Source: Candidatus Latescibacterota bacterium (GTDB lineage Bacteria > Latescibacterota > UBA2968 > GCA-2709665). From it: a stretch of DNA of 64,000 nt. The notes beneath the pieces were generated by a model. The model saw nothing but the letters and a program-made list of their open reading frames with translations. It did no database searches and had not been told where the DNA came from. Numbering within the stretch: position 1 is the stretch's first letter; every line of letters starts with the position of its first letter. The stretch covers positions 288,001 to 352,000 of the forward strand of contig CAXXXF010000015.1 of NCBI GenBank assembly GCA_963667175.2, given 5' to 3'. The translations under genes were made by a program, and so were the position numbers. Positions 8,972 to 17,912 of this stretch are shown here, one piece after another.

Positions 8972-11062
8972 TTAATCGTGCTCGTTGAGATGCGTTTTCT
9001 GCATCCTGGGGTTCTCGAAGATGGCCAGGTGGTTATTCAGAAGGGCGTAGATATAATCGTCCTTTAGAATGAACATGTCGCGCCCACGAACGGCCCCTCG
9101 TGGGTCGGATCCAAAAATGCCGGGGCCGAGGCGATAGGCAATCCGTCTATTCAACCCGAGTGTCTCTCTACGCTTATACGCGCCATAGACGGTCTTGCTA
9201 TACGTTTGGACCGATTCACCTCTGAGAGCGTAGGCGGACTTTCCTTCGATCTTCATCAACGTTGGCAGACGCGTCCACGGGAGGTAGTCGACTTCCACCG
9301 GCTTCCTGGGATCGCTGATGTCCACGACCGCAATCTCGCGCGGCAGGGGTCGTTCCACATATGCCCGATCTTCCTCAACGGCAAGCGGCCCCAATCCGGG
9401 CGGTGCGGCATGCGCGTACGCATGTTTACCGTGGAATTGCATCATCCGCTCGAACACCCGTGCAAACATCGGACCCGCTTTCTCCTGTATCCTTGACAGG
9501 CGTTCAGGGACCTCGCCTGAAGCCAGTTGTCGATGGAACTTCTGAACCATCGTCTCGTAACGGACAGAACGACCGAATCGACGCAGCGGCGTCCGGCTCA
9601 AAATTGAGGGGCGACCGGAATCTGCAAGATCCAGAATCAGTAAATCGTGTCCAAGCGTGAGAAATGCGCGTGGACCCGCAAACTGCATTGCCCACTCGTC
9701 GTCCCAGGCATGTTTCGCCGCCTCTTCGAGAGTCAATATCTGAATTTGCTGCAGCAGGCCATCTTCATGTACGTCAAAACTGTGCATTTCCAGGAATTCA
9801 TCCCGGATAAGCCCCGCGTACAGATGATTCTCCCAGACTCCCCACCCTACCAGCCGGGGGACGCGCTTCAATAATGGGGTTGGGCCTTTCTCGATCGGAT
9901 GCAACCGCATCTTCGCCTGCAACCGCGCACGGTCCGGTTTGCTGAGGTCGAAACTTACGACGCCCGCACTGCCGCGAAATCTGCCCCAGACGTACGCACG
10001 CGAACCGGACAACGCCAACCGTTCGAGGCGCCACCCGCCCCCGCTGACCCGGCTGATTTGCACGGGCGCCGAGACATCCGACACGTCCACGACGCTCAGT
10101 TCCCGATCGAGCAATACAACCGCCAGATCATCCTTCAACGCCATGTCCATCACTCTCGTTTGGTAGGGCAGGCGTCCCAACGGCCCGCTGTGGGGATGCG
10201 GGTGCGGAGATCGAACGTGATCCATTCCGATGAGGACAACTGCGCAGATCAGGGCGATTCCTCCAAGCACCCACTGGAAGCGCCGCCGCAACTGCTCACT
10301 GAATACACGGCAGGACAGTGCCAGAATCCCGCCGGCCACAAGGACGGCCACCGCGCCCCTGGCAATCAGAAGAGAAGCGTCAAATGCCTTTCGAAGAATT
10401 CCGGCGTGGTCGTGCACGCCGATGGAGAACAGGAGACTGAAATAGAATGCCACGATGGGCGGCCCCCAGTTCCACGCAATCATTATACATACGTAAGCTA
10501 CCCAGGCGGCGATCAGGCACGTCACCGCAGCCTTGAGGGGATGGTTGGTAAGTGTCGATACGAGCACGGACAGGGCATAAGGAATCATGCTGGCCAGGAA
10601 CCATAGAAGTACGGTCCGTCCATACCCAACGTCAGCCAGAATCTCATCCGGCTGCCAGCCTGGCCACAGGATAAGAGACCGAGGTGGAAAGAAACCCAGT
10701 TTATCGATGAAATTTCCATCTATCGCCATATCGATGAATACGCCGCCCCAATAAGAAGCCAGGACCACCAGGAGTCCGACAGCGCCAACGAGGAATTTCG
10801 TCAACAGAGTCTTCCACAAAGCCAGGGGCCGGCATAGGAGGAAGGGCAGCGTATTCCGGCTCCGCTCCCGAGCGATCGCGTCCATCCCCATCAGCACCGC
10901 GCCAAAGAGGCCGACCGCGTGACTGACGACATTGACGTCTGCAGGGGCGAATTCCCATTGGGAGAAAACCAGCCCGACAATCATCGCCAGGCCGGCGCAT
11001 GCGTAGACTTTATAGGCGGATTCGCGGGCTTCCTTCCAGAACAGAGCACCGATCGGACTCAT
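8972..11062 (-). CDS. ABC-2-type permease fused to C-terminal LVIVD-like repeat domain, copy 1
   Basis: LFWKE, ERSRNTLPFLLCRP, multiple TM segments, then repeats LSVVDVSD, VVSFDLSKP, LILDLADSG, AVVDISDP; ATGA overlap with the ATPase. Confidence 0.85.
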   Translation of the reverse strand: MSPIGALFWKEARESAYKVYACAGLAMIVGLVFSQWEFAPADVNVVSHAVGLFGAVLMGMDAIARERSRNTLPFLLCRPLALWKTLLTKFLVGAVGLLVVLASYWGGVFIDMAIDGNFIDKLGFFPPRSLILWPGWQPDEILADVGYGRTVLLWFLASMIPYALSVLVSTLTNHPLKAAVTCLIAAWVAYVCIMIAWNWGPPIVAFYFSLLFSIGVHDHAGILRKAFDASLLIARGAVAVLVAGGILALSCRVFSEQLRRRFQWVLGGIALICAVVLIGMDHVRSPHPHPHSGPLGRLPYQTRVMDMALKDDLAVVLLDRELSVVDVSDVSAPVQISRVSGGGWRLERLALSGSRAYVWGRFRGSAGVVSFDLSKPDRARLQAKMRLHPIEKGPTPLLKRVPRLVGWGVWENHLYAGLIRDEFLEMHSFDVHEDGLLQQIQILTLEEAAKHAWDDEWAMQFAGPRAFLTLGHDLLILDLADSGRPSILSRTPLRRFGRSVRYETMVQKFHRQLASGEVPERLSRIQEKAGPMFARVFERMMQFHGKHAYAHAAPPGLGPLAVEEDRAYVERPLPREIAVVDISDPRKPVEVDYLPWTRLPTLMKIEGKSAYALRGESVQTYSKTVYGAYKRRETLGLNRRIAYRLGPGIFGSDPRGAVRGRDMFILKDDYIYALLNNHLAIFENPRMQKTHLNEHD

Positions 11063-11958
11063 GGCTGTACTCCTGATTCCGGCTGGACGTGGGCGACGAA
11101 GGCCTCCTCGAGGCCGACGTCCATGACGTCTTCGATATGCCCGCCCTGCGCCTGGATGCGAGCGGCCTGTTCCTCGCCGTACCCCAGTACGGTCAACAGG
11201 CGCCGCGGCCCCTCGCCCTTCACCTGGCGCAGGCCATCGATATCCGTCAATCGGTCCACCCCATCCGGCAGCCGTACGCTAACCCGTTTGACTGACCCCT
11301 TCACGTCGTCCACCGTGCCGTCGGTCACCAGGCGGCCCTTTTCGATAATGGCCACCCGGTCGGCCACGCGTTCCACCTCGTGGACCAGGTGCGATGAAAG
11401 GAAAACCGTGCGGCCCTCCTCCTGGATGAGACCGATAATGCTCTCGAGGAAGTCGCGACGCACCACCACGTCCAGCCCCGAGGCCGGCTCGTCCAGGACC
11501 AGCAGACGCGGCACGTGGCCGAGGGCCAGGGTGAGCGCCAGTTGGGCGTTCATCCCTCGTGACAGGTGTTTGACCTTCTGCTCCGGATCCAGGCCGAACC
11601 GTTCGATCAGCCCGTTTACCCTGTCCTGGTTCCACGTCTCGTAGAACTGGCCGGTGAACCAGACGAGTTCCCGTACTTTCATCCATCCGTACATGACCCG
11701 GTTTTCGGCCACGTACCCCACCTGCCGCCGCAGCGCCAGGAAATCACTTGCCGGATCCAGCCCCAGGACCTCCGCCCTACCGGCGGTGGGCCGCAGCAGG
11801 TTCATGAGAATCTGGATGGTCGTGGTCTTGCCGGCGCCATTGCGGCCGAGGAAACCGCAGACCGTCCCCGCGGGCACCTCAAGCCTCAGATCGTCCACGG
11901 CCGTGAGTTTGCCGAAGCGGTGGGTCAGGCCCTCGATTGTGATCGCTGAATCGTTCAT
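11059..11958 (-). CDS. ABC transporter ATP-binding protein (YtrB-like)
   Basis: GRNGAGKTT, LSRGM, LVLDEP, SSH, C-terminal LEEAF. Confidence 0.95.
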   Translation of the reverse strand: MNDSAITIEGLTHRFGKLTAVDDLRLEVPAGTVCGFLGRNGAGKTTTIQILMNLLRPTAGRAEVLGLDPASDFLALRRQVGYVAENRVMYGWMKVRELVWFTGQFYETWNQDRVNGLIERFGLDPEQKVKHLSRGMNAQLALTLALGHVPRLLVLDEPASGLDVVVRRDFLESIIGLIQEEGRTVFLSSHLVHEVERVADRVAIIEKGRLVTDGTVDDVKGSVKRVSVRLPDGVDRLTDIDGLRQVKGEGPRRLLTVLGYGEEQAARIQAQGGHIEDVMDVGLEEAFVAHVQPESGVQP

Positions 11959-11977
11959 ATCGACTCCCTATTCCCGG

Positions 11978-12367
11978 TCAATTGTCCTTCCGAAGCCTCT
12001 CGAGGCGCTCCCGGATGACCTGTTCCATTTCCTCCGGGCTCAAATCCAGTTCGACGCCCTGCACCAGCGCCCGGTCGAGCAATTCTCTCACGATCTCCAG
12101 CTTTTCTTCGCGCGAAATGGTGACGTCCCGCTCGGCGACGTACGTGCCCATCCCCCGCTTCTTGTAGATGAATCCCTCGCGTTCCAGCTCCAGATAGGCG
12201 CGCGCAACGGTATTCGGGTTGATCAGGTACTGAGCGGCGAGGTCCCTCACGGAGGGCAACTCTTCGTGCGGCTTGAGCACCCCCCGCGCCATCTGATACC
12301 TGATCTGTTCCATCATTTGCAGGTAGATGGGCACGCCGTTGGCCGAGTCTATGCGCAAGGGCAACAT
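11978..12367 (-). CDS. GntR family regulator, YtrA subfamily
   Basis: PIYLQ...LPSVRDLA...INPNTVARAY.ELEREG...RGMGTYV; short C-terminus; upstream of an ABC ATPase. Confidence 0.95.
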   Translation of the reverse strand: MLPLRIDSANGVPIYLQMMEQIRYQMARGVLKPHEELPSVRDLAAQYLINPNTVARAYLELEREGFIYKKRGMGTYVAERDVTISREEKLEIVRELLDRALVQGVELDLSPEEMEQVIRERLERLRKDN

Positions 12368-12389
12368 GGCTGTGTTCCTGTGCCAAGAG

Positions 12390-12421
12390 TATTATTGTAT
12401 GGGTGAACCGATACAGTAATA
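12390..12421. promoter_or_regulatory. Candidate YtrA operator (inverted repeat)
   Basis: TATTATTGTAT-N10-ATACAGTAATA (10/11 match; TGTA-N12-TACA core) just upstream of the GntR start. Confidence 0.7.
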
Positions 12422-12506
12422 TACTAACAAAACCGATCCGGAAATGCAAGCGCTTTTTTCGAATCGGAGAAAAAGCGGTGCGTTGAACCTCGCATAAGGG
12501 CGGGCG

Positions 12507-12539
12507 CCTGCCTGCGCAGGGTACTGCGCTGCAGGCAGG
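12507..12539. repeat. CCTGCCTG-N17-CAGGCAGG mini-hairpin inside a REP-like sequence
   Basis: Same arm type as the inserts at 25827, 25925 and 41128; followed by CCCACAAGGGACGCCCC. Confidence 0.7.
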
Positions 12540-12816
12540 CCCACAAGGGACGCCCCAACAATGCGCGGGCAGTGATGGTATCGTGGAGGCACGGGGGAAT
12601 TACCCGCACCGGGGCAGCAGGAGACGTTTCGCTAAGCTCCGGTACTTTCGAATACAGGCACGCATTTTGCATCCGTTAACACCAGGCGTGACTGCGAGTT
12701 TCGGTTTCGCGGCGGAACCTCGGATCGAAGGAATTGCTTTCGGGCTGCCTCACGAAAGACACTGTTGTGCGCCGTATGCTGAGATTGGGTCTTTAGCCTC
12801 ACGATAGCATTTCCCA

Positions 12817-12845
12817 TTGACTGCACGCGACTTTTATTCTTAATT
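12817..12845 (+). promoter_or_regulatory. Candidate sigma70 promoter
   Basis: TTGACT-N17-TAATTT upstream of the gene at 12879. Confidence 0.5.
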
Positions 12846-12878
12846 TTATATCATTGGTGCGGGAAGGGTGAGACCGGA

Positions 12879-13456
12879 GTGAAGTGGGTGTCCATCTGGA
12901 GCGTCAAGGAATCTGACAGGGTTTTGTTTGGTGCTGTGTCGGTTCTGGTGTTCTTCTTTGGCGCGTGGGATCTGGTTTCCGGAAAGAGCTGGTCCAGCCT
13001 TTATTTTTCCGAAGACGTAGTCATATTGGGCGCCTGGTCTGTCACTGTCGCCTACTTCACCATACCAGCCCGTTGAAAAAGTCCATCCGGGCTACGTCCG
13101 GCCCTTGTGACCGAACTACGGCGTTGCGCTCCCTCCCCGAATCCAGGGATTCGCGTCGGTCACGCGCCTTGTCTTCGGCCACAATGACTCGGCCTCGCCT
13201 GCAGAGCGACTTTTCCATCGGACTGTTAGGGGCAATTGACATCATGGGTATGTTCGTTGGGACGATGACTGAATTTGTGGCCGAATGGTATAAAAACAGG
13301 GTTCTCGAAAACGCGCGCGAAGAGATCCGGGAACAGGTGCGCGAAGAGATCCGGGAACAGGTGCGAGAGGAAGTCCGAAATCAGGTTCGAGAGGAAGTCC
13401 TTCAGGAACTTCGGGAGGGCGGGCAGGACAAGACAGATGCGGGTGAAGTAAATTGA
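12879..13456 (+). pseudogene. Small membrane protein with C-terminal REEIREQV repeats, disrupted by a MITE (137 aa when restored)
   Basis: Removing 13065-13228 joins ...YFTI to GAIDIM... in frame. Confidence 0.75.
13065..13226. mobile_element. MITE copy 1 (imperfect TIR CAGCCCGTTGAAAAA; TA duplication)
   Basis: TA on both flanks; homologous over its whole length to 25763-25982 (inverted). Confidence 0.85.
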
Positions 13457-13489
13457 ACATCCCGTTCCAATAAACCTGCCCAGCTGTAA

Positions 13490-13628
13490 CCTCCGGACCG
13501 TGTTGATATTGAATTTCACGTAGGCGTTTCGTGCCGCGAAATTGCAATGTGCCAAGCACATTGCCCCCCGGAGGATCGTATTCTCCGGCCGACGCTCCTG
13601 TCCGCGGCAGGGGCGTTTTTTTTTTTTT
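13490..13628 (+). ncRNA. Candidate structured RNA or leader ending in a strong intrinsic terminator, upstream of modB
   Basis: CCTCCGG/CCGGAGG closing stem, three internal hairpins, terminator ACGCTCCTG-N7-CAGGGGCGT followed by a long T run. Confidence 0.4.
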
Positions 13629-13712
13629 GCAACTTCAAGCATGCCGCGTACCAGGAAAGTGATTGGCCTGATTTCGTCAAGAGTATCCGATGCCAGTTTA
13701 CGTGGCAGCCTC

Positions 13713-14405
13713 ATGGGAGCCGACGTCTTGTTGACCTCGGAAGAATGGATGGTGCTTGGCCTGTCGTTGCGCGTGGGGCTGGTCTGCGTGCTGTTGAGCC
13801 TGCCCGCGGCGGTGATCCTGGGTTGGGTGCTTGCCCGGCGCGAATTCAGGGGCAAAGTGCTGCTCGACGGGTTATGCCACCTGCCCCTGGTGCTGCCCCC
13901 CGTGGTGACCGGCTACGTGCTGCTGCTGTTGTTCAGCCGTCGAGGTGTTCTGGGGGGCTTTCTGGAACAGACTATGGGTTTCCAGGTGGCGTTTACCTGG
14001 AAAGGGGCGGCGCTGGCGTCGGCCGCGGTCGCATTTCCCCTGGCGTTGCGGGCCATCCGGCTGGCCATCGAGGCGGTGGACCCCAGATTGGAACACGCGG
14101 CCCGCACGTTGGGCGCCGGGCGACTCAGGGTCTTCCTGACGGTCACGCTCCGGCTGGCCGCGCCCGGGCTGCTGGCAGGGGCATTGCTGGCATTCGCGCG
14201 AAGCCTGGGAGAGTTCGGCGCCACGATCACCTTCGTGTCGAATATCGCCGGGGAGACGCGGACGCTGCCCCTTGCGATCTTCACGTACATCAACCGGCCC
14301 GGCGGGGACGCGGCCGTCGCCCGTCTGGCGATTCTGTCCGTCATCCTGTCCTTTGCGGCGCTGGTGGCCGGCGAGGTGGTGGCCCGGCGAATGAGGAGAA
14401 CCTGA
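13713..14405 (+). CDS. modB: Molybdate ABC transporter permease
   Basis: LPLVLPPVVTGY, FARSLGEFGAT, TLPLAI; start uncertain. Confidence 0.95.
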   Translation: MGADVLLTSEEWMVLGLSLRVGLVCVLLSLPAAVILGWVLARREFRGKVLLDGLCHLPLVLPPVVTGYVLLLLFSRRGVLGGFLEQTMGFQVAFTWKGAALASAAVAFPLALRAIRLAIEAVDPRLEHAARTLGAGRLRVFLTVTLRLAAPGLLAGALLAFARSLGEFGATITFVSNIAGETRTLPLAIFTYINRPGGDAAVARLAILSVILSFAALVAGEVVARRMRRT

Positions 14406-14406
14406 C

Positions 14407-15486
14407 GTGCTCTCCATCCGCGTGAAACGGTCGCTGCCGGGATTTGCCCTCGAGGCGGCGGTCGAGTGTCCCTATCCCGTGACCGCGATCTTCGGGCCTT
14501 CCGGCGCTGGAAAGACCACGCTGCTGGACCTCGTGGCGGGCCTGCTCACGCCGGACGACGGGGAGATCCGGCTGAACGAACGCGTGCTCTTCTCGTCTGA
14601 AACGGGCCTGAATCTGCCGCCCGAACAACGCCGCGTGGGGTACGTGTTTCAGGAAGACCTGCTGTTCCCCCATCTGACCGTCATGGAAAATCTGCGGTAC
14701 GGTTACGACCTCCTGTCTACGGATTCGCGCCGGTTCGAGGTGGGACCCGTTGTGGATCTGATGGGGCTGTCCGGGCTGCTCGACCGGCGTCCGGCGCGTC
14801 TGTCGGGCGGCGAGCGGCAGCGGGTGGCGCTGGGTCGGGCGATTCTGGCCTCGCCGGAGCTGCTCCTGATGGACGAGCCCCTGGCTTCGCTGGATCAGGA
14901 ACTGAAAGACCGCATTATCCCGTACCTGCGGCACATCAGGTCGGACCTGGGCATCCCGATTCTCTACGTGAGCCATTCGGTCGCCGAGATCCTGGAGTTG
15001 ACCGGACAGGTGATTGTCCTGAAAGCCGGACGCGTGCTTGCGCACGGGGACTTTTTTCACGTTGTCCGTCACCCGGAGGTGCTGCCGTTGGCCGAGGCGC
15101 ACGAGTTCGAAAACGTGCTGCCGGTGGAGGTGGTGGCGCAGGACGGGGCCCGAAAAGGCTGCCGCGTGCGTTTTGGGAATCAGGACCTGCGGGTACCCCC
15201 CTGCGACAGACCCGTGGGAAGCCGGATCTTCATAGGCATTCGGGCAAACGACATCATCCTGAGCAGGAAACAGCCGGAGGGGTTGAGCATTCGCAATGCG
15301 ATGCGGGGCCGTATCCTCGATATGCAGGACGTGGACGGCAAGCAACTGGTCTACGTGGACGTGGGAAAACGGCTGGCCGTGGAGGTGACACTTGAAGCGC
15401 TGGAGGAGTTGGGCCTGGAGGTCGGCGACCCGGTGATGTGCCTGGTGAAAGCCCACTCGATACGAATCGGCCCGAACGCGGACTGA
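14407..15486 (+). CDS. modC: Molybdate ABC transporter ATP-binding protein with TOBE domains
   Basis: GPSGAGKTT, LSGGERQRVA, LLMDEP, LSIRN. Confidence 0.93.
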   Translation: MLSIRVKRSLPGFALEAAVECPYPVTAIFGPSGAGKTTLLDLVAGLLTPDDGEIRLNERVLFSSETGLNLPPEQRRVGYVFQEDLLFPHLTVMENLRYGYDLLSTDSRRFEVGPVVDLMGLSGLLDRRPARLSGGERQRVALGRAILASPELLLMDEPLASLDQELKDRIIPYLRHIRSDLGIPILYVSHSVAEILELTGQVIVLKAGRVLAHGDFFHVVRHPEVLPLAEAHEFENVLPVEVVAQDGARKGCRVRFGNQDLRVPPCDRPVGSRIFIGIRANDIILSRKQPEGLSIRNAMRGRILDMQDVDGKQLVYVDVGKRLAVEVTLEALEELGLEVGDPVMCLVKAHSIRIGPNAD

Positions 15487-15520
15487 AGGAGTCGGGTGAC
15501 GGGGTCCGATCCGATGCCCT

Positions 15521-16504
15521 TCATCCTTCCCCGGCTTCCTCGCCTTCATAGAGCAGCCTGAGAAGGGCAAGGAAGAGCCGGTCGCGCCGGTTTCGCGCAC
15601 GATCGATGGATTCGGGCGTGTACTCGTGGAAACCGCGGCCGGTCTTGACGCCGTAGTGTCCCTCTTCAACCAGCTTCCCGACGTTGCGAGGAAGTTCGGT
15701 GTCGGACCGGATTTCGGAAACAAGAATCCGGTAGACGAGCGCCGAGACGTCAAGCCCTCCGAAGTCCCGCACCGACAGGGGTCCGATGGCGGCCAGACGG
15801 AATCCGACGCTGGCTCGGACCGCCCGGTCGATATCCTCGGGCTCGGCGACGCCTTTGTCGAGCAGGTCCCAGATTTCACGCTGCATGGCGACCTGGATGC
15901 GGTTGACCAGGAAGCCCGGAAGTTCCTTCTTGAGGGGCACCGCCGCCTTGCCGATACGTTCCAGGACGTCTACGGCGGTCCGTACCGTGGACCCGGTCGT
16001 GCGCTCTCCGGGAACGACTTCCACGAGCGGCACCAGGTGCGGCGGATTGAACCAGTGGGTGACCACGGCCCGCCCGGGACGTAAGAGATCCCGGGCGATG
16101 CCGGTCATGGGAAAGGAGGACGTATTGCTGGCCAGAATGGTCTCCCGCGAGACGACGGCTTCGACGCGGGCGAAGCATTCCCGCTTGACGTCGAGGTCCT
16201 CGCGAACGGCTTCCGTAACGAAACCGGCGGGTTCCACGGCCTCGCGTTCGCTGTTGAACACGGCGATGCGTCCAAGTGTCTCCCCGACCGATTCCGGCGT
16301 GTCCATCCCCGCCTGAATGCGTTGCCGAAGATTGGATTCGATCCGGCGGTGCAGGGACTCACGGGCCGCAACGGACTCGTCGTAGCAGCGGACCGGATGT
16401 CCCGCCGCCGCGAATGCCTGCGCGATCCCGTGGCCCATCGTGCCCAGGCCGATGACGGCTATGGTCTGGAATTCCACTTCGTTTTGCAAGTGTCCCGTCC
16501 CCAA
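15521..16504 (-). CDS. 3-hydroxyacyl-CoA dehydrogenase family protein
   Basis: GLGTMGHG, EAVRE, ASNTSS, HWFNPP, PGFLVNR; true start may be slightly downstream. Confidence 0.9.
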   Translation of the reverse strand: MGTGHLQNEVEFQTIAVIGLGTMGHGIAQAFAAAGHPVRCYDESVAARESLHRRIESNLRQRIQAGMDTPESVGETLGRIAVFNSEREAVEPAGFVTEAVREDLDVKRECFARVEAVVSRETILASNTSSFPMTGIARDLLRPGRAVVTHWFNPPHLVPLVEVVPGERTTGSTVRTAVDVLERIGKAAVPLKKELPGFLVNRIQVAMQREIWDLLDKGVAEPEDIDRAVRASVGFRLAAIGPLSVRDFGGLDVSALVYRILVSEIRSDTELPRNVGKLVEEGHYGVKTGRGFHEYTPESIDRARNRRDRLFLALLRLLYEGEEAGEG

Positions 16505-16550
16505 ATTACCTCACCAGTCGGTCGCCGATTCATCGCGTCTCGCTGCGTTG

Positions 16551-16596
16551 CTTGCACTGCCGGTGCTGAGCCTGTCGAAGCAAGCTTACCGAAGTG
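16551..16596. repeat. Two nested 23-bp CTGAGC..CGAAG hairpin elements
   Basis: Inner CCGGTGCTGAGCCTGTCGAAGCA (16560-16582) interrupts CTTGCACTG|AGCTTACCGAAGTG. Confidence 0.7.
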
Positions 16597-16674
16597 CCTT
16601 GTCGAAGTTCCCTCGCTCGCCGACCCTGCGCAGGTCGCCATTCGTCGGACAAAACCCCTTTGGAACTAAACTAC

Positions 16675-16890
16675 TGGGAGAGAACGGCTTTATCTCTCCC
16701 ACCAACTTTCATTTTCTCTTCGTCCTTTTTCTTGTACGCCCAAGAAAAAGGACCAAAAAGAACGGCGCCGCTCGGCGCGGGGCCGGTTTTTCCGTGAACC
16801 ACCTCAGTGGCGTAAATGGAAATTGGTTGCCCTGTCACCGACCCAGCCTACACCAAACCATGTTGCTGAACGGATTAGCACGGAAAAACC
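16675..16890. repeat. Multi-hairpin intergenic element
   Basis: Inverted repeats TGGGAGAGA/TCTCTCCCA (16675-16701), GTCCTTTTTCTTG/CAAGAAAAAGGAC (16722-16753), GGTTTTTCCGTG/CACGGAAAAACC (16785-16890). Confidence 0.6.
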
Positions 16891-17045
16891 CCCCACTCCC
16901 CAACCGTCCGCTTTATAGGAACCCGCGAAGATCCGAAAACGATGTTATTACACCATGGAGCGCTTACAGCCCCTGCAAAACCACCACCGACCTACCCCCT
17001 TCCCAGCGGGAAGGGGGGAACTGCGATCCCCTCGCGGTGTCCTGG

Positions 17046-17091
17046 TTTGCTCCCCCTCTCCCCCCGGGAGAGGGGGTTGGGGGGAGAGGTC
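17046..17091. repeat. REP-like C/G-run hairpin, 46 bp
   Basis: 45/46 identical to 32659-32704. Confidence 0.8.
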
Positions 17092-17129
17092 TGCGGCCGA
17101 ATTCAGGCAACTTATTTCCGGAAAGAACG

Positions 17130-17870
17130 TTAGATTGTCTTGCCGCCGTCCACCGCCAGGACCTGCCCGGTAACCATTTCGTTGACGACCAGGCCCAGAA
17201 TCGCATTGGCGATATCTTCGGGTTCCGCGACACGCTGGAGGGGAGTGGCTTCGCGATTCACGCGAACGAATTCTTCCCATCCCTTTACCCAGCGTGTGTT
17301 TACGATGCCGGGGGCCACGGCGTTTGCCCGAATGCGGGGCGCCTGGCTGACGGCCAGGGATTTGGTGAGGGAGATCAGCGCCGCCTTGGAGGCGCAATAC
17401 GCGATGGAACTGCCCTGCCCGCAGGCGCCGGCGATCGATGCCACGCTCACAATCTGCCCCCCCGCTTCGGGCATTTTGGCGATGGCCGCCCTGGCGCAGT
17501 AAAAGGCGCCTTTGACGTTGACGTCGAAGACGGGGTCCCATGCGTCGTCGGTGAGGCCCTCGAGGTCGGCCAGCGGCACGAAGACGGTGGTGCCGGCGTT
17601 GTTGATCAGGACGTCCAGCCGGCCCAGTTCCCCGGCCACGCGGTCCACCATTTCGCGGACGGCGCTCTCGACCGACACGTCGGTGCGGATTGCGATCGAG
17701 TTTCGGCCAAGCGCACGGATTTCGGCGGCCGTGGTTTCGGCTTCGGTCCTGGAACGCGAGTAGTTGACGGCCACGTCGGCTCCTTCCGAGGCGAGCAGCA
17801 GGGAGGTCGCTCTTCCGATTCCCGTGCCGCCGCCGGTCACGAGCGCGACTTTTCCGTCCAAACGGCCCAT
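17130..17870 (-). CDS. Short-chain dehydrogenase/reductase
   Basis: TGGGTGIG, NNAG, YCASK. Confidence 0.95.
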   Translation of the reverse strand: MGRLDGKVALVTGGGTGIGRATSLLLASEGADVAVNYSRSRTEAETTAAEIRALGRNSIAIRTDVSVESAVREMVDRVAGELGRLDVLINNAGTTVFVPLADLEGLTDDAWDPVFDVNVKGAFYCARAAIAKMPEAGGQIVSVASIAGACGQGSSIAYCASKAALISLTKSLAVSQAPRIRANAVAPGIVNTRWVKGWEEFVRVNREATPLQRVAEPEDIANAILGLVVNEMVTGQVLAVDGGKTI

Positions 17871-17912
17871 ATAGGATCCTTTCGATTTGGTGTATGGGGC
17901 TGTTCTGAAGAA

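Noticed and set aside
4909-11062. Permease paralogs as a diversity-generating retroelement TR/VR pair
   Set aside because: Differences appear spread along the genes and not limited to adenines, there is no reverse transcriptase, and tandem duplication explains the pair.
13315-13410. 24-bp tandem repeats as a CRISPR array
   Set aside because: There are no spacers and no cas genes; the repeats are in-frame coding units.
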